From assembly GCA_012522585.1 (NCBI GenBank), contig JAAYKD010000019.1, forward strand, positions 1 through 57,747: 57,747 nucleotides of DNA. Direction: 5' to 3'. Shown here piece after piece: positions 10,145 through 18,192 of the stretch; the stretch's first letter is position 1, and every line of letters begins with the position of its first letter. Origin of the DNA: Bacillota bacterium (lineage in GTDB: Bacteria; Bacillota; JAAYKD01). Both the position numbers and the translations under genes were made by a program. The notes beneath the pieces were generated by a model, which worked only from the letters and a program-made list of their open reading frames with translations, was not told the DNA's origin and did no database searches.

Positions 10145-11872
10145 TTAAGATTCCTTTTCTCCACTGAACAGATCGGTTATCTGGCGCACCAGATCTTCAC
10201 TCTGAGCTGTGTTCTTACCTAAGAAATGAGCCAATTGCTGAGAAAAGCTGATTTGGTGGTCCAAAAGTTCTCTGACATGGTCCATGGTCTGCTTGCGAAT
10301 CAAATCAACTTGAGCATCATCCATTTTAACTTGACTGATATTGGAAAAGATGCCGACATATTGATTCTCACCTCTGAGGGCGTAGACTATTTCATGATAT
10401 TTAATACCATATTTGCTGCGGATAGCCTCAGCCTGGTCGGTTTCACCTTTGAGCAGTTTTTCAAATCCGTCAGCATTGATCAGATAGGAAATCCTTCTGC
10501 CCAAAATACTATTGCTGGTAAAAAACATCTTCTGAAAGGAAGAATTCATATGAATGATGCGCAAATCACCATCCAAGATGACGATGCCATCCGGACTTGT
10601 TTCCATAATTTTATCACTTCTCTGCTGGGCTAAACGTCGCATATAGGGCAGACAAGTCTCAGGGTCAGCCAGGCCTCGCACTACTGCTATGGCTTTTTCT
10701 CTGCAAGTATCATAACCACAGGCACTGCAGTTTAACTGTTGATCCGGTTCACCTTTTCCGGTTCTTTCTAAGACCAGTTGAATTTGACTTTCGTTGACTT
10801 CTTCAAACTGAACCGCTTCTTCGAAATTGAAACTGGTATGAGTATCAACATCAGGTCGGGTGACTACCATGTTCGGTGTTTTTTGAGCCGAGACATAGTC
10901 TAGCAATGCTTGCTTTTTTTGAAACAGATTCTGGTCTCCGGGAAAGGCCGGCCCGTTGATACAACCGCCGGCGCAGTACATGGGCTCGATCAATTTATAC
11001 TTTTTATGCATGTCCGAATCGAAAAGACTGATCAATTCATCGGGGCCGCTGATGTGCAGAATTTCCGCCGAATCTATATCAGTTTCCAATTCACAAGTTT
11101 TTAACATCCCACTTTGTAAAGGATAGAGTCTGGCCTTCATATAATCGCCGGCATTGTCGAAGTCACTTTCCGGACAGGAAGCGACATTGACTTCTTCTTC
11201 CTGCAGCCAATCCATCAATTCGACAAAAGTCAAAACTTCATCCACGGCGTCACTTAATTCCGGTCGCAAAGCTTCCTGCTTCTTGGCAGCACAGGGACCG
11301 ATAAAGACGACCTTGGTGTCTTCACCCAAACGCTTTTTCAAAATTCTACCATGGGCGACCATGGGCGAGACGATGGGCAAAAGTTGAGGTATTAACTCAG
11401 GCTTATATTTTTCAATATAATTGACGGCAGCCGGACAAGCCGTGGCAATATTTCCCTTATCCAAAAGATGGAGTGTATCTTCCGAAACCAGCTGGGCTCC
11501 TTCAGCAGTTTCAGAGACATAGGAAAAACCCAACAAACGCAGAGCTGCAGGCAATCTTTTAGCACTCCAACCACTGAACAAGGAGGCAAAACTGGGAGCT
11601 ATGCTGACCGCAACTCTTTCATTTTCTTCTATAAGCTTTTTTACTCTGAGCAAGCTGGGCGCGATAACCTTAGCGTGCTGAGGGCACTCTTTGACACAGG
11701 TGCCACAATGAACGCACAATTCATCTGTTACTCGGGCTTGCCCCCCACTCACCCTAATTGCTTTGACCGGACAGGCCCTGATACAACGATGGCAGTCCTG
11801 GCAATTGGCAAATTCAGTATAGATGACATTGGGGTTAGAACGAAGTTCTTTTATATTGAATTTATATTCCAT
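10145..11872 (-). CDS. hydS: Sensory-type [FeFe]-hydrogenase homologue (HydS-like, group C) with a C-terminal PAS domain
   Basis: Two N-terminal 4Fe-4S motifs are present ('CHRCIRACP', 'CVHCGTCVKECP'). The H-domain has altered H-cluster motifs 'ATACPAA', 'GPCAAKKQE' and 'MYCAGGCINGP'. An extra Cys cluster 'CSACGYDTC' follows, then a PAS-like 'PDGIVILDGDLRIIHMNSSF'. Confidence 0.8.
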   Translation of the reverse strand: MEYKFNIKELRSNPNVIYTEFANCQDCHRCIRACPVKAIRVSGGQARVTDELCVHCGTCVKECPQHAKVIAPSLLRVKKLIEENERVAVSIAPSFASLFSGWSAKRLPAALRLLGFSYVSETAEGAQLVSEDTLHLLDKGNIATACPAAVNYIEKYKPELIPQLLPIVSPMVAHGRILKKRLGEDTKVVFIGPCAAKKQEALRPELSDAVDEVLTFVELMDWLQEEEVNVASCPESDFDNAGDYMKARLYPLQSGMLKTCELETDIDSAEILHISGPDELISLFDSDMHKKYKLIEPMYCAGGCINGPAFPGDQNLFQKKQALLDYVSAQKTPNMVVTRPDVDTHTSFNFEEAVQFEEVNESQIQLVLERTGKGEPDQQLNCSACGYDTCREKAIAVVRGLADPETCLPYMRRLAQQRSDKIMETSPDGIVILDGDLRIIHMNSSFQKMFFTSNSILGRRISYLINADGFEKLLKGETDQAEAIRSKYGIKYHEIVYALRGENQYVGIFSNISQVKMDDAQVDLIRKQTMDHVRELLDHQISFSQQLAHFLGKNTAQSEDLVRQITDLFSGEKES

Positions 11873-11989
11873 GAAATCTCCTTAGTTTAGCAAAGATATA
11901 CATCTATTATACAACGGGAGCAAAAATGTATCAAGGCACCCCTCAATCCCTTTGAAAGGAGCAAGGAGTGCCTTTGATTATTCTATTCT

Positions 11990-13993
11990 TTAGTGGGCGA
12001 ATGATTTAACTTTTTTCAATTCTTGCACGGCTCTTTCAAAGGTACAATGTTCCAGGATCTTTCCATTAATTGTCACGACAGGACCTTTTTGGCAGAGTTC
12101 ATTACAGAAGGAAGCACTGATTTCAGTAACCTCATCCAATCCGTTTTGAGTTATGTAATCGGTCAGCTGACTGTAGAGAGTCTGAGCTCCTCTTAAGAAG
12201 CAGCTGGTACCTAAGCAGATCTTAATGCTCAATTCCGCCTCTTGTTCCGGCCGACGGATCATAATGTCATCTAAAGTTATGCGTTTTCTATTCTGATAGA
12301 AGGTGTGCAACAGTTCATGAGCTTTTTCCTCAGTCAAATCTTCACGCATCAATTCCTGCAAATAAGGATTCTCTTGAGAGCTGTGGAATTGCAGCATCTT
12401 GTCTTGATCCTGTAAGCCTTTGGCACGTTTGCTCAAATGCTCTTGGTCGCTGGAGGTGGGTTGACCGCCACCGTTGATGCAGCCGCCACAACAGGCCATG
12501 ACTTCGATTAAATCGAAGTTTTCTTCGCCACTGCGCACCTTGTCGATGAGACGGCGAGCATTGGCTAAACCACTGACGATGCCCAAGCGTAAACTTACAT
12601 CGCCAATGCTGATTTCGGCTACTCTTGTGGATTCAGGACCTCTTAGTTCCCGCACATCCAGCATCTTGCCATGGTTCAATTTGGCTGCCGCATAGCGCAG
12701 AACTGCTTCACTGACTCCCCCGGAATTTCCGAAGATTACGCCTGCTCCAGTTTTGAAACCGAAGGGCATGTCATAGGAACCGGGCTCCAGTTTTTCAAAC
12801 TCGATACCCTGCTCTTTGATCATCAAGGAAAGCTCCTTAGTGGTCAAAACGAAATCCACATCGGGGTTATCCCCTTCAAAAAACTCGGGCCTTTTGGCTT
12901 CGTATTTTTTGGCTGTGCAAGGCATGATCGATACTACAACCAGATCTTCACGCTCAATATCCAAAATTTTGGTCAGTTGATCTTTGCACAAAGAACCAAA
13001 CATCTGCTGAGGTGATTTACAGGTGGAAAGATTGGGCAGCATATCCGGATAATATTGCTCAGCAAATTTTACCCAAGCCGGACAACAGGAGGTGAATTGA
13101 GGCAGGTTTTGGCCTTTCAGATAGCGCTCGAGGAATTCGTCCCCTTCTTGCAGGACGGTCAAGTCAGCAGCGAAAGCAGTATCGTAAATTTGGTCAAAGC
13201 CCAACATACGCAAGGCAGTGATAATCTGACCGCTGGTGGCGGCTCCTGGTTTATAGCCAAAATATTCGCCTAAAGAAACTCTGACTGCCGGGGCTATTTG
13301 AACGACGACTTTTTTCTTAGGATCATGAATCGCTTCCCAGACACCGTCGATTTGTGATTTGGGTGATAGGGCACCGACCGGACAGACTTTGATACATTGT
13401 CCGCAGTTGACACATTCCACAGTGCCGAAAGGCTTATCGAAGCTGGCTACTACTGTAGAAGAAAAACCTCTTTGGGCAAAATCTAAGACGCCGACCGATT
13501 GAATTTCATTACAAACTCTGACACAGTCTCCGCAGAGAACACATTTGCTGGGATCTCTGACGATCGCATCGGAGGAATCATCTAAAGGTGCAAAATCATG
13601 AATCTGTTTGAACCTGACTTTGCTGACACCCAATTGCTGAGCGATTTCTTGCAAGCGACATTCCCCGCTCTTGGGGCAAGTAGTGCAATTTTGATCGTGA
13701 TGAGCCAACATCAATTCAACGATCATTTTGCGCAAATTCCTAATTTCCTTGGTATTTGTTTTAACCACCATACCATCGGCAGCGGAAGTTGAACAGGAAG
13801 GCTGTAAACCTCTGCCTTCAATGTCCACCATACACATGCGGCAGGCTCCATAGACGCTGATTTCAGAATGGTAACAAAAGGTAGGAAGTTCAATGTTGGC
13901 TTTGCGAATGACTTCAAGTAAATTCTTTTCCCCTTCAATGGGAACATGAATGCCGTCAACGGTAATATAAGCTTTTTTCATCTCGATCCTCAT
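11990..13993 (-). CDS. hydA: [FeFe]-hydrogenase catalytic subunit HydA (NADH/ferredoxin-dependent trimeric type)
   Basis: 667 aa. It has an N-terminal 2Fe-2S and multiple 4Fe-4S motifs. Canonical H-cluster motifs 'FTSCCPAW', 'MPCTAKKYE' and 'MACCGGCINGGGQP' are present. An additional C-terminal thioredoxin-like 2Fe-2S module reads 'CLGTSC...CNELC'. Confidence 0.93.
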   Translation of the reverse strand: MRIEMKKAYITVDGIHVPIEGEKNLLEVIRKANIELPTFCYHSEISVYGACRMCMVDIEGRGLQPSCSTSAADGMVVKTNTKEIRNLRKMIVELMLAHHDQNCTTCPKSGECRLQEIAQQLGVSKVRFKQIHDFAPLDDSSDAIVRDPSKCVLCGDCVRVCNEIQSVGVLDFAQRGFSSTVVASFDKPFGTVECVNCGQCIKVCPVGALSPKSQIDGVWEAIHDPKKKVVVQIAPAVRVSLGEYFGYKPGAATSGQIITALRMLGFDQIYDTAFAADLTVLQEGDEFLERYLKGQNLPQFTSCCPAWVKFAEQYYPDMLPNLSTCKSPQQMFGSLCKDQLTKILDIEREDLVVVSIMPCTAKKYEAKRPEFFEGDNPDVDFVLTTKELSLMIKEQGIEFEKLEPGSYDMPFGFKTGAGVIFGNSGGVSEAVLRYAAAKLNHGKMLDVRELRGPESTRVAEISIGDVSLRLGIVSGLANARRLIDKVRSGEENFDLIEVMACCGGCINGGGQPTSSDQEHLSKRAKGLQDQDKMLQFHSSQENPYLQELMREDLTEEKAHELLHTFYQNRKRITLDDIMIRRPEQEAELSIKICLGTSCFLRGAQTLYSQLTDYITQNGLDEVTEISASFCNELCQKGPVVTINGKILEHCTFERAVQELKKVKSFAH

Positions 13994-15240
13994 TTCACAA
14001 TGGCATTAAACTTGCAGGTATCCATACAGACACCGCAGCGGATGCAGATTTCTTGGTCGATTACATAGGGCACACCCTTGGAACCGGAAATAGCATCTAC
14101 CGGACAAGCACGAGCGCAAAGGCTGCAGCTTTTACACAGTTCCGGAACGATTACATAGCGGCTCAGGGCCTCACACTGACCGGTTGGGCAGGTTTTATCG
14201 AAAACGTGAGCGTCATATTCCTCACGGAAGTATTTTAAAGTTGAAAGAACCGGGTTGGGAGCAGTTTTACCCAGACCACAAAGAGAACCGATTTTGACCA
14301 CGTGAGCCAGCTCTTCCAAAAGCTCAATGGTCTCAGCAGTTGCCCGTCCTTCGATAATATCGTCTAAGAGCTCCAACATCTGCCTTGTTCCTTCACGGCA
14401 GACCACGCATTTTCCGCAGGACTCATTTTGGGTAAACTGCATGAAGAAGCGAGCGATTTTAATCATGCAAGTCTGCTGATTCATGACGACTAAGCCGCCG
14501 GAACCGATCATGGCTCCAACTTTTAAGAGATTGTCATAATCCAAGGACATATCCAAATGCTCTTGAGTTAAACAGCCACCGCTGGGGCCACCAATTTGAA
14601 CTGCCTTAAAATCAGCACCGCGATTGACACCATCATCATCGATGACACCGCCGCCTATGTCGACGATAATCTCTCTTAAGGTTGTGCTAAAAGGTACCTC
14701 GATCAAACCCGTATGGGCGACGTGACCTGTTAGGGCAAAAGTCTTGGTGCCGCTGGATTTTTCCGTTCCTTTGGCTGCATATACATCCACACCCATCAAC
14801 ATTGCGACAGGCACTGTAGCAAAGGTTTCCACATTATTGATCACGGTAGGCTTACCGAAAAGACCTCTTTCCGCCGGGAATGGAGGTTTGGGCATAGGCA
14901 TGCCTCTTTTACCCTCAATAGAAGCCATTAAAGCTGTTTCTTCACCACAGACGAAGGCACCGGCCCCCTCCATGATGCGCATTTCAAAATCAAAATCGCT
15001 GCCAAAAATTTTCTTGCCTAAGAAACCTGCTTCTTCAGCTGCCTTGACTGCCAATTTTAAATTTGAAACGGCCAGAGGGTATTCAGTTCTGACATAGATA
15101 TAACCGACACTTGCTCCAACAGCTTTACCGGCAATGATCATGCCCTCCAAAACGCTGTGAGGATTTCCCTCCATGACGCATCTGTCCATGAAAGCACCGG
15201 GGTCACCTTCGTCACCGTTACAGATGATATATTTTTCCGG
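13990..15240 (-). CDS. hydB: NuoF-like flavoprotein subunit HydB/HndC, C-terminal part downstream of an in-frame TGA
   Basis: The frame is open from 15240 and reads '[28 protein letters not shown]...'. It contains '[12 protein letters not shown]' (N3 4Fe-4S) and two C-terminal ferredoxin 4Fe-4S motifs. The first ATG is only at 15189, which would remove the conserved [11 protein letters not shown] segment. The stop overlaps the hydA start (ATGA). Confidence 0.85.
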   Translation of the reverse strand, partial: [416 protein letters not shown]

Positions 15241-15873
15241 TCACGGTTGAACCCGGGTCAGATCCCATTTAAGACCGGTAGAGAATCCGCCGCCACCTCT
15301 GCCTCTGAGGCCTGAGTCCTTAATTTCTTGACAAACTTCTTGGTCGCTCATCTCTAAAACAGCCTTACGAGCCATTTTATAACCATCATGGGCTATATAT
15401 TCATCAATATCCTGAGCGTCTATCAGACCGCAAAGGCGCAGGGTTGTTCTTTCTTGTTTGGCATAAAAGGGTATGTGAGCTGTATCTTCCAAGGGTTCAT
15501 TGGTTTCATCATCATGAATCAGAAGATCGGAAATTATCCGTCCGTTTAAAAGAGTCTCCTCGACGATCCGCTCTACATCACTGACCTTGACTTTGACATA
15601 GAATGTACCTTGAGGATAAAGAGTAACCAAAGGGCCCATTTGACAGAAGCCCTGACAGCCACTTTTGGTTAGCATAAAATCTGCTTCTTCTTTTTGCAAA
15701 GCAACGGTCGCTTTTAAACCTTTTTCAGCGATGACTCTGTCGAATTCAGCAACAATGTCCAAAGCTCCGTTGGCGACGCATCCAGTTCCGCCGCAGATTA
15801 CGATTTTTGCCTTATATTGCTCCATACATTCAAAAAAGTGTAACTTTCTTTCTTCTAATGTGCTATGTTGCAT
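15241..15873 (-). CDS. hydB: NuoF-like flavoprotein subunit HydB/HndC, N-terminal part ending at an in-frame TGA
   Basis: 210 aa. It has a thioredoxin-like 2Fe-2S domain ('CGGTGC...CQGFC') and the glycine-rich FMN loop '[16 protein letters not shown]'. It ends at TGA (15241-15243) in the same frame as the downstream part. Confidence 0.85.
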   Translation of the reverse strand: [210 protein letters not shown]

Positions 15874-15874
15874 T

Positions 15875-16366
15875 TTATATTTGCGCCTCCTTTGCCTTGA
15901 TCTCTTTTATCAATTGAACTGTCGATTCGGGAGTCATATGACCATAAACTTGTTCGTTTATAACGATCGCTGGAGCTAGACCACAGGCTCCCAAGCAAGC
16001 TACAGTTTCCAGGGTGAAAAGCAAGTCCTCAGTTGTTTTACCGGAAGAAGAAAGTCCCAGCTCCTCGGCAATCGCATCGATCAAACTGGTTGATTTCTTA
16101 ACATGACAAGCCGTTCCATCACAGACTTTGACTACGTATTTTCCCTTGGGGCTCAGAGTAAAATGAGAATAGAAGGTAGCCACACCATAAACCTGAGAGG
16201 TGGATAGTCCTAAGGCTGTAGAAACAAAGGTCATAATCTCTTCAGGCAGATATTGATATTCCTCTTGAATCTCCTGTAAGATTGGAATGAGTTTGTGAGG
16301 ATCTCTTTGGTGCTGCTCTAAAATCTGACAAACTCTGTCAAATTTTACGGCAATTGCATTTTCCAT
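15875..16366 (-). CDS. hydC: NuoE-like 2Fe-2S subunit HydC/HndA
   Basis: 'CDGTACHVK...CLGACGLAP' is the NuoE-type 2Fe-2S motif. AGGGAG lies 8 nt upstream of the ATG at 16366; the track start at 16399 is an upstream TTG. Confidence 0.9.
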   Translation of the reverse strand: MENAIAVKFDRVCQILEQHQRDPHKLIPILQEIQEEYQYLPEEIMTFVSTALGLSTSQVYGVATFYSHFTLSPKGKYVVKVCDGTACHVKKSTSLIDAIAEELGLSSSGKTTEDLLFTLETVACLGACGLAPAIVINEQVYGHMTPESTVQLIKEIKAKEAQI

Positions 16367-16432
16367 TTTTTTATCTCCCTTTGGCGAATCAAAAGACAAA
16401 AACTTTCAATTCGGTATTTTGTTATCGATTAC

Positions 16433-16461
16433 ATCTTAATAGAGAAATCTTTCACAAGCAA
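16433..16461 (-). promoter_or_regulatory. Putative SigA promoter of hydCBA
   Basis: On the minus strand: TTGCTT (16461-16456), a 17-nt spacer, then TAAGAT (16438-16433). It lies about 70 nt upstream of the hydC ATG. Confidence 0.45.
16440..16457 (-). promoter_or_regulatory. Candidate Rex operator overlapping the hydC promoter
   Basis: The minus strand reads TTGTGAA-AGAT-TTCTCTA. Against the Rex consensus TTGTGAA-N4-TTCACAA this matches 12 of 14 specified positions. rex is encoded about 1 kb upstream. Confidence 0.55.
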
Positions 16462-16468
16462 ATATAAA

Positions 16469-16504
16469 AACCGTATATCGATATATGAATATCGATATAC
16501 GGTT
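16469..16504. repeat. Perfect 16-bp palindrome (4-nt spacer) between the LysR-gene stop and the hydC promoter
   Basis: AACCGTATATCGATAT-ATGA-ATATCGATATACGGTT. It lies 22 nt after the LysR stop and 8 nt upstream of the putative -35. On the minus strand it is followed by TTTTATATTT, so it could be a terminator, an operator, or both. Confidence 0.6.
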
Positions 16505-16525
16505 ATCTATTTATACTTTTATATT

Positions 16526-17386
16526 TTAACCGGTGTGATCATACTCGGAATTCCAGGCTCTGACTAAGGCTTCATGAGGGCTATTGGCATGCCATAACAA
16601 CCAATGCAAAGAATGGCCGGCCTGTTCGATCTCGATTTGTTGAAAATCAGCTTGAGCATAATTTTTCTTGGGTTCAATGGTAAAGGATTGAGCCGTCTGG
16701 ACAAGCCAAGCGCCTAGATCATCGCTTTCTAAATCCAAATATTCCTGACTGATTTTAGGTAAGTTCTCCCACTGATCCGAATTCAGATGACCAACAAACT
16801 TTCCTCTTTGAAAGATCTCCCTTATTTCAAGCTTGGGCCCTTCAGACCAAGAGGAATGAGCCAGAGTGACCTGAGGCTTGACTAAATTCCAACGTCGATA
16901 GCTCAAACCCATGCGATTAATTCTTTCGATTATAGATTCGGCTCTGCTCAAAGGAAAGCGGACAATGCCTAAGTGAGCCTTGCCACTGCTCAGATTTTGC
17001 AAGACGTCTTCATTGCTATCTATGGAAATTTTAATTTCTTTTAAAGGAGTCGGCAAAGCACTGATCGCTTGAGCTAGTTCTTCCGCCAGCAGAGGACAAG
17101 TGACGGATGAAATTTTCAGCAAAGAATCGGTGTCTTGGGCAAAGCTGTCCTTCAAAGCATCCATTGCCTGAACGATTTCTTTTCCCTCGAGCAAAAACCT
17201 GCGACCCTCAGAAGTCGGCACCACACCGAAAGAAGTTCGTTCAAAAAGTGCTATTCCCAGTTCATACTCCAATTCCCGCAAGGCTCTGCTCAAATTTGGT
17301 TGACTCAAAAACAATTTTTCGGCAGCTTTGCTTATAGAACCCTGCTTTTCAATTTCCAAGCACATGCGAATTTGTTGTACTGTCAT
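16526..17386 (-). CDS. LysR-family transcriptional regulator
   Basis: The N-terminal wHTH reads 'IEKQGSISKAAEKLFLSQPNLSRALRELEYELGIALFER'. The protein is 286 aa. RBS AGGAGA is present. The gap to rex is 17 nt, suggesting co-transcription. Confidence 0.85.
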   Translation of the reverse strand: MTVQQIRMCLEIEKQGSISKAAEKLFLSQPNLSRALRELEYELGIALFERTSFGVVPTSEGRRFLLEGKEIVQAMDALKDSFAQDTDSLLKISSVTCPLLAEELAQAISALPTPLKEIKISIDSNEDVLQNLSSGKAHLGIVRFPLSRAESIIERINRMGLSYRRWNLVKPQVTLAHSSWSEGPKLEIREIFQRGKFVGHLNSDQWENLPKISQEYLDLESDDLGAWLVQTAQSFTIEPKKNYAQADFQQIEIEQAGHSLHWLLWHANSPHEALVRAWNSEYDHTG

Positions 17387-17403
17387 TTTTCAAATTCTCC
17401 TGT

Positions 17404-18060
17404 CTAGGCTTCTTCAGTAAATTTTTCTTGTAAATGCTGGGAGATTAAAGCAAGGGAAGCTGCCATATTTTCGTTGCGCAAATACACATGTTCCGGCACC
17501 TGTAAAACCACTGGAGCAAAATTCCAGATAGCCAAAACTCCTCCCTCAACTAAAAGGTCACAGACTTCTTGAGCCGCCTCTGCGGGCACGGTGATAATAC
17601 CTATATGAATCTTCATACGTTGAGATAGATTGACTAAGCGGTCTAAGGGAAAGACAAACTTACCATCCAAGCTTTTGTTTTGCAAATCAGGGTTTGTATC
17701 AAAAGCTGCCACTATATTCAAGCCGGCATTTTTAAAACCTTCATAGCTGAGTAAAGCCCTGCCCAATTTGCCGGCGCCCACTAGAATCGCTTCGTCTATG
17801 CTGTTATAACCTAGGTGTTCTTCCAAACCAATGATCAGCTGACGGATTTCAAAGCCGGCTCTGGGTTTGCCTTTAGTCGGACTGACAGCCGCTAAATCTT
17901 TTCTCACTTGAACTTCGTTGAGGCGTAGCTGGGCTGCCAAAGCTGAGGCAGAAATATATTCATCCTTAGATGCATCGAGACCTTTTAGATAATTGAGATA
18001 GTTTGGCAAACGACGTAAAGTTTGGACCGATAGGGATTTTTTTGTACTTCTTTTATCCAT
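17404..18060 (-). CDS. rex: Redox-sensing repressor Rex
   Basis: The N-terminal 'RLPNYLNYLK...ISASALA' wHTH and the Rossmann 'LVGAGKLGRAL' NADH-binding motif are present. 218 aa. Confidence 0.92.
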   Translation of the reverse strand: MDKRSTKKSLSVQTLRRLPNYLNYLKGLDASKDEYISASALAAQLRLNEVQVRKDLAAVSPTKGKPRAGFEIRQLIIGLEEHLGYNSIDEAILVGAGKLGRALLSYEGFKNAGLNIVAAFDTNPDLQNKSLDGKFVFPLDRLVNLSQRMKIHIGIITVPAEAAQEVCDLLVEGGVLAIWNFAPVVLQVPEHVYLRNENMAASLALISQHLQEKFTEEA

Positions 18061-18096
18061 TTACATCCCTCCTATCATCCTTGATCAATCAGTACA

Positions 18097-18125
18097 ATTG
18101 TATCGATTGGTCGGCTCCTTGTCAA
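18097..18125 (-). promoter_or_regulatory. SigA-type promoter of rex
   Basis: On the minus strand: TTGACA (18125-18120), a 17-nt spacer, then TACAAT (18102-18097). Confidence 0.65.
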
Positions 18126-18192
18126 GAAAACTTTCCTTTAATTGCCTCTTCCCTAGGCCTTTGTGATGACCAAGCTATTTTTAGACTTTTAC

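Noticed and set aside
11468-11890. 140-aa plus-strand ORF
   Set aside because: It is antisense to the N-terminal ferredoxin region of hydS, so it is a shadow ORF.
15180-15243. A bacterial SECIS hairpin immediately 3' of the hydB TGA
   Set aside because: Only 3-4-bp pairings (CCGG/CCGG, CGG/CCG) are visible by eye. No stable stem-loop lies at the expected distance. This was not tested with a model, so it is kept only as a low-probability option in the finding.
13990-15873. A genetic code in which TGA is a sense codon (code 4 or 25), as an explanation for the in-frame TGA in hydB
   Set aside because: TGA clearly terminates other genes in this window. These are lon (6394), hydB itself (13990), marR (33418-33420), the Nudix-HAD gene (38038-38040, followed by a terminator hairpin and a convergent gene) and rplI (44912-44914).
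18080-18100. A Rex autoregulatory box in the rex 5' region (TTGTACTGATTGATCAA)
   Set aside because: Only the TTGT of the first half-site matches and the dyad symmetry is poor. The embedded TTGATCAA palindrome alone is not sufficient evidence.
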